64,000 nt of DNA from the NCBI GenBank assembly GCA_973895155.1, contig OZ316893.1, positions 10,297,660 to 10,361,659 of the forward strand, read 5' to 3'. The position numbers were made by a program, and so were the translations under genes. The DNA is from Marsupella aquatica (Eukaryota > Plantae > Marchantiophyta). Below, piece after piece: positions 1-10,688 of this stretch (position 1 is its first letter; every line of letters starts with the position of its first letter). Below the pieces are notes generated by a model that was not told the origin of the DNA, made no database searches, and saw only the letters and a program-made list of their open reading frames with translations.

Positions 1-204
1 TCTACTAGCTTGATGGGGTTCTTCCCTTCTTTTCCCCCCTTGATTTTGGGTCTCCTCTCCTTGGGATCCTATCTGAGGTTTGGAAGTGAAGAAAACCTGA
101 CCTAAACTTGCCACCGGTCACTCAGGTTTCCTCACTCAGGTTTCCTCACTCACTGGTCACAGGGTTACAGGCTAGTAACCCTAGACCAAACTGTCATCAT
201 AGTA

Positions 205-1475
205 TATTTCATTTTGCCTTTTAGATCCATCCCTGGTTATTTCTGGTTTGATGTTTTTTTGTTTTTGTTTTTACAGTATGATACATAATTTCATGGGTAA
301 TCAGAAGAAGAGAAGGCACATATTAAATAGCTACTTACTACGGTATGCATTGGGCTATGCTATGCTCTCCACTCTGCAACCAGTCCAGTCCAGTCCAGTC
401 CAATCCAGTCCAGTCCTCCAGTTGCACAAACAAAACCTCTATTTCATGGGGTTCTTCCTTGGCTTGTTTGCTCCCCTTTATTTATGCCTTTTGGATCCAT
501 CCCTGGTTCTCTCTGGCTTGGTGCTTTTTGTTTTTGGCAGTGTGATATGTAATTTCATGGGTGACAGAAGAAGAGAAATCAAGTATGAAATGACTACTTA
601 CTAGTATACTCTGCACTGTGCTATGCTCTCCACTCTACTCCACTCCAGTCCCCCAGTTGCGCAAACAAACGCCTTTGTGAGGTTTGTCACTCCCTCCCGC
701 ACCCCGCACCCCCCACCCCCCACCTTAGTTTTGCCTTTCAGGTCCATGGTTATCTCTGGTTAGTTGCTCTTTGTTTTTGGCAATATCATATATCATTCCA
801 TCAGTAAGGCAGAAGAAGAGAACTCACTAACTAAATGACTATTGACTACCCAAAGCCTTGTGCTACGCTCTCCACTCCACTCCATCCACTAGGCTTTAAC
901 TCAATCCAATCCATCCAGTCCACTCCTCCAGTGGCACAAACCCATGCACTACTGCCATTCCATTTTCCCCTTGTATTCTCCCCTTTATTTTGCCTTTCAG
1001 ATCCATCTCCGACTTAGCTTGTTGTTTTGTTTTTGGCAATGTTACACACCGTACTAATAAAACACAATGCCAAGTTACTTTCCATTTCACTCTAGACCAT
1101 AAACCCTCAATAAGGACAAAACTGGCAAGAGCAAAACTGAAAGTAAGGGTAGACAAACAACAAAGATTGGTGCAAAAATGAACGGGAAATAAGGGTAGAC
1201 AAACAACAAAGATGGGGCAAAAATGAACGGGAAATGATATATAAATTCTTTTATTTGCCAAATGGTTATTTTTTTTGTTTTTTGTCAGTCTCTATCATTT
1301 TATATTCAAGAAAGGGTAAATCAGGCTACTAATTTCCAAGTCCAAAGAAGAGAGCTCATATATTTGCCTGTAGCCTACGCGTTGTGCTGTGCTGTGCTGT
1401 GCTGTGCCCTCCACTCCAGTCCGATTCGATCCGATCCGCTCATCCCGTCCAATCCTCCAGTCGCACAGTCCCCTG
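205..1475. repeat. Degenerate tandem array of ~250-270 bp units with embedded (CCAGT)n microsatellite
   Basis: Motif ttttgcctttcagatccat...tttttggca...agaagaagagaa...tgctatgctctccactc...cctccagttgcacaaac recurs from ~212, ~484, ~730, ~989 (partial), with a diverged copy at ~1260-1475. Confidence 0.8.
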
Positions 1476-3191
1476 TGCAGCAGGCAAAGTGTATGCTGCT
1501 GCTGCCGAACGGAGGAGAGGAGAGGAGAGGAGAGGAGAGGCTCTGCGATTCGAGCTCATAGAATAATGTAGTTGTCGCAACTCCGACGATCTGTGCTGCT
1601 TCTGCTTCTTCTGCTTCTTCTGCTTCTGCGCAATCGCACCCCATCATTCCGAGTTCTTGTTTTGTATGCATGTTGCGTGATCCGCTCCTCGAGAGGGAGA
1701 GATCAGAGATGGGGTGATACTGAATGAGGACGACGATCGAGTGATGTAAGGTCGCAGCGCTGGCAGGCTTTGGGATTACGCAGAGGTGTATAATAATGAT
1801 ATATAAGAGTAGTTATAACTCCGATCTCGTCCATGCTTCTGTAGCTGCTTCCGCGCAATCGGACTTCGGAGCTCTTGTCTTGTGTGCTTGCTAGAGTCGA
1901 GACAGCGCGAACGCGGTGGGGACCAGCGGAAGGAGGTCGAGGTCGAGGTCGAGGTCGAACTTTGAGTACGAGGCCGAGGGGGAGGAGGAAGAGGATTAGA
2001 ACACGAGCCTGCGTGCCTTCATTTGTTTTCCTGGCGTTTTCAATTGTGGCGGATTTGATGTAGAGAGTGCCTTTTCCTTTTTCAAACTGCGGCTGCTGCG
2101 CCTTCGCGCTAGGCGGAAGAGTTGTGGCGAAAAGAGAGCGAGATATGGGGAATGTAAGAGAGGGCAGATCTCGGAATGCGTGAGGTTTAAGAGGTTTTGT
2201 GTTGGAGAAGGATTGATTGATTGACTGATTGATTGGTTGATTGATTGATTGACTGATTGAATGATTGATGGATGGATAGATGGATTGATCCGGCGCGGGT
2301 GGACTAATTGACTGGCGTAGTATAATTGCGGGGAGGGGACGGGAGAGGAGGGGAGGAGAGAGATAGATCAACATCATCATCATCATCGCCTCCGGAAGGA
2401 TGGGATGGTAGCACAACATCAGGAAGAGAGAGAACAGTAGAGAAGACGAGAGAGAGAAGAGAGTAAAGGAAACGTGAAACGTGCCACGAGGGAGTGAAGT
2501 GGAAGAGAGTGCAGGATTGCTTACCAAGGCAGCCAGGGAGAGCGAGCAGGCTCGTGTTGGCGAGAAACATCCACATTGCGCGCCGCGGTTTAGATAAGGA
2601 GGGGGCTTTCAGCACGTGCGCTCGGCACAGTCAATTTAGGCCAACACGGCTCTTTTCCAACACGTTCGTGTTAACTCAGCTTGGGTAGATCCAAGTGACT
2701 AGTAGCATCAGATCTTGTTTGGCAGAGCTTCGCGTTGGACGAGTCCTCCTGCCGGGGCTTTCTTGCACAGCCGGGACGGAAAGTGCACAGGGGGTGGATT
2801 GACGAGAATGCTCTGGACCTCTGAAGTGGGACATGGTTTGTTTTGACGCTGAAGGAGTAACTGAACAATGCTGATCATTCAAACAAGATCTCGTGATCGA
2901 CCTCACATTGAGTTGAGCTGAGTCATTTGTTTCTCGCGATTTCATTCCAATCTCCATTCTGAGATCTCGGCCGACTTGTGGGTTCAGTGGGTTTGCCAGC
3001 CAAGCCTCTGTTGCCTCAGCCATCGGCCATTGGCCATCGGCCATCTCTTTTTCGGTTTGGGTTTCTCCCCTTCAAGACCGCTTGTCCATCAGATCCTAGT
3101 CCCTGGCAAGAAAGAGAGCCCTGTCCCTCTAAAGTGAGATTAGTGAGTGAGCCATCGCATCTGGTCGGAATTTCAGTCCACATCTACAGAC

Positions 3192-4896
3192 ATGTCATAT
3201 GAGGAGGATGACTCGTTTGAGCACACGCTTCTAGTCGTCAGAGAGGTGTCCGTGTACAAAATCCCTGCCCGGGGAACGAGCGGGGGGTACAAGTGTGCCG
3301 AATGGTTGCAATCTGATAAAATTTGGACAGGCAGGTTGAAGGTCATTTCCCTGAAGGACAAATGTGAGGTTAGATTGGAAGATTCAAATACAGGAGAGCT
3401 CTTTGCTGCTTGCCCTGTGCTACCCGGTAAACGGGACAGTACTGTGGAGAGTGTGACAGATTCGTCTCGGTATTTCGTATTGAGAATTGATGACGGGAGA
3501 GGGAAGCACGCCTTCATAGGCCTCGGATTTAGTGAAAGAAATGAGGCTTTTGACTTCAACGTCGCATTGTCCGATCACGAGAAGTATGCGAAGCGGGAGA
3601 CGGAAAGGGGAGAAGAAGCTCTTGAAAGTGAAAGCCGTGGTGGCGCCCCCAACCCTCCTTTGGATCTGCGTTTAAAGGTAGTGTATGACGTCTAGACTCT
3701 TGAGCTCTTCCTCCAGTTCAGTTTGCAACTTGCAATTCACGACAGAATCGTAGTCGTGGGACCTTTACGATGGAAGACTTTTATTTTCTGTTTCATGACT
3801 CCAAACTGAGACACATTGTTGATGCGTAATCTATGTGGTCAGTTGGGATAGGGAACTAGTCTTCTATTTGGGCTTCTCTGTTATACGCATAGTCAGCTGG
3901 ATGTTTGATACCCTTTTAATTCCGCTGCGAATCTCAGGCTCTCTACTCTACTCTGATGGGAAGTGTTTCATTTGACATTATTGAGGTTGTTACTAAGGAC
4001 GCATATTTCGTTTTCGTGTAACAATTATAAAAACTTATCGCTTAGAAATAGTGGGATTGCTATCGAGGACATGTTTTCGGAACCTCGTCTAGGTCAAATC
4101 GTCAATTTTTATGGTTCAACACTAGTATCTCCTTCCCTGCGGTCTGTTCGTCATGCACACTATACGTAAATTAGCAAACAAGCGATTATTTCAGTTTCTC
4201 CACCCATCCACGTTTCTTGTTTTCTGCAGGAAGGGGAGACTATTCGGATCAGTGTTAAAACAAAGCCTGTAGCAGGCTCAAGGTTGCTATCCGGTTCAGC
4301 TTCGACCGGAGTAGTGCAAGCTCCTCCCACAAAAAGCATGAAGGGAGCTTTGGCCCCTCCTCCAGGAGGCGGACGAATTAGGGCTCCACTTCCTCCACCA
4401 CCCAATGATTCGAGACAAATAAGAAGCGGTGCTACTTCCCAACCCAGTGCTCTGACAACTGCCACGCCAATTCCTGCTCCTGCTCCTTCAAGCAATGTTT
4501 TAAAGAATAAAGGCAGCACTGGGTGGAGTCCTAAAGATTCTCTATCGGATATGTCTGCGCTTGAGGTCGCTACCTCTTCCTATATGCTTTGTGGATTTCT
4601 ATCGGATAAGGTTTAGGGTTCATTTATCTCTACAGTGTTGATATTTTGACCCTATTTCGGGATGACATCTTTCCGTTAAATTTGATGGAATTTTAATGTT
4701 TGCTTGTGCACTATAGTGGCAGGATGCCTTGGTGAATCTAAACAGCTACTATGTGTTTTTACGACTCTTGAATGCTTGTAATTCCTTGTTTATAGCGAGT
4801 TTTCTGATATTACTCCGTCTGGTTTAACAGGTCAATTTACCTTCAACAACGAGATCTGCTGGTAGCACAGGTAACTCAAGCTGGGCAGCATTTTAG
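3192..4896 (+). CDS. NECAP: Adaptin ear-binding coat-associated protein (NECAP/PHear domain), 3 exons
   Basis: Exons 3192-3677, 4230-4565, 4831-4896 with GT-AG introns. PHear motifs VESVTDSSRYFVLRI and HAFIGLGFSERNEAFDFNVAL, Pro-rich linker, C-terminal WxxF (SWAAF*). Confidence 0.95.
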
Positions 4897-6488
4897 TCTC
4901 GTGATGCAAGACCATGAAGCCTGGTCTTTATTGTTCCCATTAGCAAGAACATGGTCCATGGAATTAGGTCTATGCATGGTTGGGTTAGATTGATGCCTTA
5001 GATATTTAATATCTCCCCTCTATTGGAGGCGATCTGATCTGTTTTGTCACGAACTTTTGCCCGAATTTCCGATAACTACAAATAAAGCATTTGTAGTAGG
5101 CACAGATGGCTCGCTGAAATTTTAATTCTCCAACGGTTGAATATGCTTACCATCGTCCCTTGTCTTCTATACTAGCTACTGTATATTCCCAACAGCCTCA
5201 AGGTGTCAGAAACATCTGCGGACTAGCTTGACGGCTATTTGATGATATTCTCAGTAATGTTTCAAGTCATGGAAAATGTACTCGCAGAAGTAAGAAATTA
5301 CTCTCTGCACAAGAAACTGTCCCGGTTTTTTATAATCGATAGATTTTTTTCTCTGGCTGCCATTCTCTCGCCAAATGTAAAAACCTTGTATGGGAAGTCT
5401 GGTCATCTTGCATACTTCAGGGTACTTGAGGCAGAGAGACCTTTCAAGGAATAGTCTGCGAGCTCTGATGTCGATTGCAAGACTCCCGGGAAAGGGTGCC
5501 GTTTCCCTTTTGCAGCCCTAGTCGACTGTCGATGGCTTCTGATGATCAGTGCTCATGATGTTCAATTTCCCTATGACTGCATCTTGTGGAGGCTTGGAAC
5601 TAGTGCAAAAGAAATTACAGAAATTCACCTTTATCAGGTACAGTAGTTGATTCTTTCCTAGTAGGTTTATTGTTCGCTTCGTAGAGTAGGACAGAACTCT
5701 GAGTGTATCACATGAACCATTTTCCGGGCTCCGAAGCTGGTGTTATGTGATTGTGTTGTTAGGAGGTTTCAAGGATTCAGAGGGTAAAACAATCTTCTCT
5801 GCGTTTTAGTTTTCTATGGTGAAAGCTACGTGCTGCAGGAAGTAGGTGCTGTGAAGATTGTGACCTCTGTGCCCTTGCTTCCAAATAATATCAGAATTGT
5901 GGAGGAGGCCATGTGAATTCTTGCAGAAAAATCCTCCTCAACGCCTAAATTTCACTACTAATTTTTTTCCTGTGAAAGCTAGTGATTGTTATGTCATCGG
6001 GATTACGACGCGTTTCTGTAGCCATCTGACATTTGTTATTGGATTGAAGGCGGAGTTCAAGCATGTCACCTCTTCCTGACGCAGGTGATTATTAACTGCA
6101 CCATGAGTATCTTAGTACACTTTGCTAGGCGGCTCCGTACCTAGCTATGTACTGTGATTATACAAAATTTACGTGTAGCAGGCCATTTGCATTCAATCTG
6201 AGCTCAAGTGGGTATATCGTAATTATACGACCAGCAGTCCAGCAAGAACAAAATTGTGTCTCCTTCAAATTGAATGTATCTTGATGTCAGACTTCAGGAG
6301 ATATAGATTGCAACATGATTGTGCGTACAGCCCATTTCATTGTGAAGACTTCACGGTCAGTGTCTCCTCCACCAACTTCGAAAGATACCGTCACCGTGTT
6401 TGTTGTTTGAGATTGCTCTGGGACAGTCGGTAACCTTCCATCATACGCAGCTGATCTGATCTCTCGACGCAGCGGCCGGTTTGCCATT

Positions 6489-7400
6489 CTAGGCCGTCCT
6501 TGTAGTTGGAATCCAGCTCATGAAGAAGTCAACGTCGTGAAGGATTACGCCTGGCACAGCCAAATTTTGCATCCACTGCGGGAGCACACCCTTGGCATTT
6601 GAGGCTGTCGCCATGATCCATTCGATTTCTCCACTTTCGGGAAGAACACGGACGCGTTCCACGGCCACATAGGCACCTACCACCAGGCTCTTGTCGCGGG
6701 CGTACTCGGCATGGGTTGATCTCTGGAAATCATTGATTGGAACGGAAACCACAAGGAATTCTTGTGCATCTGCCAACATGGCCGCGATTTGGAGCACTGG
6801 GAACGTGCGGTTCTTCAGGGGCTTCGGGTCAATCTTGTGCTTCATCTCGACGGCCTTCATGCTTGTGTCAACCCATCGTGACCCGCCATACGCCTCAACA
6901 ACCTCGATTCCCGCTGTGTCCCAAGTTACAGCTTCTCTTGCGCCGATCACTGTCGCCGTGAACGCGTCCTCCGTCTCATGATGATGCTCTTTGAAGCTGT
7001 GAACAAACTCTTCCCAACTAGCCGTGCCCGTCTCTGCCGCATTGCGATGACAGCTCCGTCTGCAGAACCACATCTCCTCCTTCCTGCCCTTCCTATTCTT
7101 CATCCCTGCTATTTTGCCGAGCTCTTCTTCCTTCACCACTCGCTTGTACGAATAGACAGGGGCTTCGGAGGAGGCATATCGCTTTCCCGACCCTCTCTTC
7201 TTCTTCCACGACGATGGCGAGGCGCCGGATTTGGGAGCCACTCCGTCGATGAAAGGCACAGCTTCCGTGATCACATTTCTGATGAGGGTCTTGACATCCA
7301 ATGCCAATGCCAATGCCGATGCTGCTGCGGCATCGCTGGAGGGAAGCTGATCGATAGAAATGCCTTCAAGGCGTACGAGAGGTCCGAGCGAGGAAGACAT
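6489..7400 (-). CDS. Intronless DUF3074-like (fungal-type, START/SRPBCC-like) protein
   Basis: Open frame from ATG at 7400 (MSSSLGPLVRL; frame stays open to 7469). Motifs WFCRRSCH, ASWEEF..FKEHHHETE, YVAVERVR, IEWIMATASNAKGVLPQWMQNLAVPG.I.HDV..F..W match the fungal DUF3074 family as I recall it. Confidence 0.8.
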   Translation of the reverse strand: MSSSLGPLVRLEGISIDQLPSSDAAAASALALALDVKTLIRNVITEAVPFIDGVAPKSGASPSSWKKKRGSGKRYASSEAPVYSYKRVVKEEELGKIAGMKNRKGRKEEMWFCRRSCHRNAAETGTASWEEFVHSFKEHHHETEDAFTATVIGAREAVTWDTAGIEVVEAYGGSRWVDTSMKAVEMKHKIDPKPLKNRTFPVLQIAAMLADAQEFLVVSVPINDFQRSTHAEYARDKSLVVGAYVAVERVRVLPESGEIEWIMATASNAKGVLPQWMQNLAVPGVILHDVDFFMSWIPTTRTA

Positions 7401-7558
7401 GCCGCACCACAATTCCGTTGCATTCTCGAAACCTTTCTCTTTTCTCTGGCACTCCTTCGTTTTCAGCATCCATGAGGTCTCAGAATTGGGCCAAGTTAGT
7501 TTTCACATTACTTTTTCTTTTCATTTAGTTATATCTATCTATTCTATCATGGCGTCTC

Positions 7559-7697
7559 AATACTTGGCCATATGGGAGAAATTCCTGTAAAAGTTGATGG
7601 AAGCCATCTTTGGCTAAGGGTAGGAATACTTGGCCATATGGGAGGAATTCCTGTAAAAAGTTATGGAACCTCCCCATCTTTGGCTAAGGGTAGGAAA
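7559..7697. repeat. Tandem ~67-bp duplication upstream of the DUF3074-like gene
   Basis: aatacttggccatatgggag.aattcctgtaaaag...ccatctttggctaagggtaggaa occurs twice. Confidence 0.85.
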
Positions 7698-8361
7698 GCC
7701 AAGGGGCTCAACACTTGACCTTTAACCTTTATTCATGTAACTTTAGGCTAAAATCCAGAAATATGTAATTGAACAAGGGCATACTTGGGATATCCGTTGC
7801 TAGAGTACAGAACAATGTCCTAGGCAAAGTCTGCAACAACACAACAACAGCAAAGAAAGCCATTGCTGCTCAGGCCCAACTACTGAGGGTGTCCTTCCCA
7901 TAATTCCATCCAAACACCAGCCTCTCACGGACATCTCAGTAAAAGAAAAACTTGTAAAAACAAATGGCGTGGTTCATCACTCGGAAGAAGAGAGAACACT
8001 TGAAAAAGCCAACAAAATACACAAGAAGTAAAATAGAAGAATGTCCAGAGAGGAGCAAAGAAAACCACACAAAAAGGATATGAACGACTCCATAAACCAC
8101 CCCTCACTCCCCCTCATTGGTACTAGTGTTAGCATATAATTGCTGAGTGGGAAATTAGTGTTACTAACTCTGAGATGGGAATAGTGGTTTTTTGCACTAA
8201 TCTAAATATGCTAGAGCCAAGAATTTCATGCCAAACCTGGGACACTAGACATTGGGCAAAAACATTTGTTTAAAATTGGGATTTACTAGACAAACACTCT
8301 TTTTTGGCATATGTATACCTTGCCCCTAATTTTCCTATTTATAATAATATCACTATTTTCA

Positions 8362-9135
8362 TTTGTGGGTTAAGAAAATTAACCTGGGTTAGCTCCCTCA
8401 CATCCAATGGCTCTCATCTCACCTAGTTCTGTACACCCTGTGTCCTAACACTGTACAGAACTAGTGGAGTACTAACACTAAGTGAGGTGACATATGGTAG
8501 GTATTGGGGGGTCTCGGTAACTGCACATCAAAATATGACATGTACGATGTATGACACCCCTGCATACCGTGATAATTCTAGTTTTTTCCTTTCAATCAAT
8601 GAATGCAGCCACATTTTGATGTGTGATTACCAACAGGGGTAGGTATTAGAGCCAACTGGCATGGCTCTAAGAAAAGAATCCTTCTAGAGATTTAAGTTTG
8701 ACGGTTAGATCTTGAGTTCCTAGATTTGAGGAGAGCCATCAGATTTTGGTTAATAGTCATCGTGGCTGGATGAGAGATTAACTAGCAAACTGTTGCCACT
8801 AAAACATAGTTGGAGTGGAGCCTCTAATGAGGTGTACTAGTGCCTACTGCAAGGGATCTGTGAGGAATGGCTGACGTTGGGCTCATTGATATTGATGGAA
8901 GTGAATTGTCAAAATAAATAACAGTGTTCTTGCTGAAATCAGATGATTTCTACTGCCCTTGGGTTGGATTCACACAACCCCACTACTTGGTAGGACATGC
9001 TGATTCCAGCCCCACCTGGCCTCCCCATTTCCCAAGTGGACTTTGCACTGAGGCTGATGGGAACAGTTAGATTCTCCAATGTGGAAATCTCAGGGCCCTA
9101 AGATTTCTATAGTTAACTCACTTAACCCATGACAA
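8362..9135. mobile_element. Non-autonomous DNA transposon/MITE-like element (TGGGTTAAG termini)
   Basis: Left end tgggttaagaaaattaacctgggttagctc..catccaatggctc and right end cttaacccatgac form an inverted repeat. The same left block recurs at ~43968 and ~45962. Confidence 0.5.
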
Positions 9136-9528
9136 ATGAAAACAAGGTGCATTGTAAATATTAATCTGACAAGGCGGTAAGCCCTGTGGCAAGTTGTGAT
9201 ATTTGCCCCCCAAAACATGGCAATTTAGTAATACCCACTGCATTATTTTTCCCCAAAAGAATGCCTCTGGGAGCACCTCCACTCGCTACCCAATTGGAAA
9301 GAGAAGGATGGAAAATGAGCACTTCTAGCTCTGTGACAAAAGTGAGATATACAACATTGACACTCTTTTTGTCACATTACAGACTTTGTCACTCTTTCTT
9401 GTTTAATTACTATGTTGTTATCTTTTTTCACCTCTAGTTAAACAAAGCAACTCTAGTTACTTTGAAATGATCCAACGGGCAACATCTTGCCAGTACGTTT
9501 TCATCATCGTTCATTTATCCCCAACTTA

Positions 9529-9823
9529 GGGCTAGGTTCCATGGGGCTGGGAGTAAGGAATACGGATACTGTCAGAATTTTTAAGCCAATAAGATTGCAG
9601 CTTTTCCAGGGACTAAGGGTGTACAAATACTGTAATAGGGAGTATGATTTTCCTTCACATTCCCTGTTAAACTTCAGGGGTACCCCCTGCCCCTGTATAG
9701 GAACAGTATAGTGCATTTATAAAAATACTATGTACACCTTGGCATACGGTGTATTTGGACTGTCAGAGGGGGTGTCAGAGGGAGTGATTGTACTCCCTGC
9801 CCCTGACCCATGGAACCTGGCCC
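9529..9823. mobile_element. PIF/Harbinger (Tourist-like) MITE
   Basis: TIRs GGGCTAGGTTCCATGGG / CCCATGGAACCTGGCCC (1 mismatch) flanked by TTA at 9526-9528 and 9824-9826. Confidence 0.85.
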
Positions 9824-9942
9824 TTAGCCTCAACATTCTCTCACCCTCCATTGTGGGGGGGGGGGGGGGGGTAGGGAACCGGTGTCAAGGGGTGGCATGA
9901 AGGAGTGGGGCAGCCAACCAGGAGGGGACAAAGCAAGTTGGA

Positions 9943-10262
9943 TGTTGAGGAAAGACTAAATTCACAATAGCAAGTCCATGATTATCAGACACAAATAGAT
10001 ATATGATTCACCTGAATTGAAATTACATCCACAGGAACACACAAGAATTTTACTGCACTTTAAGTCTATTGGCCCTATCAAGTCTCCGCAATACAAGTTC
10101 TTGCTATCTTTCAACTGGATCCATAACAAATGAGCCACCTATCCAATCAAACAATCTTTGGGGATATACTGTGTAGCAACTAACCTAACCAAGTCTACAA
10201 CTAAAGTTAGTCTTAACTATGGTTATTGTCGTAATTGTGAACCTAAGAGTAACTGCCTAACA
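9943..10262 (-). mobile_element. Solo LTR, family A, copy 1
   Basis: TGTTG...TAACA termini, near-TSD TTGGA/TTGGG, similar along its length to 44316-44657. Confidence 0.8.
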
Positions 10263-10688
10263 TTGGGGCTAAAGAGAAAAGTTGGAGACCCAACCCAAAG
10301 TCAAGGGTGGGAAGGTGTATTGTGGGTAGAGTAGAGGAGATTGGCCAAATGTTAGCATTAGTATTCTTTCAAGTTAACTAGAGTTAATTGCCTAGCCAAC
10401 AATGAAAACCGATGGCATAGAAGTAATCAAACGAAAAAGAGAGTAAAGCTATAAACTTCAGCAATTTCAGCAGAATCTAAGCTCCAGAGAAACGGTATTG
10501 CCACGAGTTTCTGTCTATCCACTTCTCTCCCCGTCCCATCCTGTCTGCTGATTTGGGAGCTCACTCAGTTTTTGTCACTCGAGCTGAGTATTTGCGCTTC
10601 GAGCACCGCTCCCACTCCATTCAGTCAGTGCACACGAGCAATCAACTAATTCGTTTTATCACTGACGGACATCAAAAGCTTTGGGTGA

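Noticed and set aside
1703-2527. 274-aa minus-strand ORF
   Set aside because: Built from microsatellites (QSIN, RP and M runs) with no domain; likely a non-coding leader.
2530-2550. agccaggga resembling a miR408 complement
   Set aside because: Only about 9 nt match and no hairpin evident.
5418-5521. LRQRDLSRNSL, an LRR-like peptide
   Set aside because: Single short motif with no further repeats or gene structure.
6691-7475. Plus-strand ORFs overlapping the DUF3074-like gene
   Set aside because: Antisense shadows of a GC-rich CDS.
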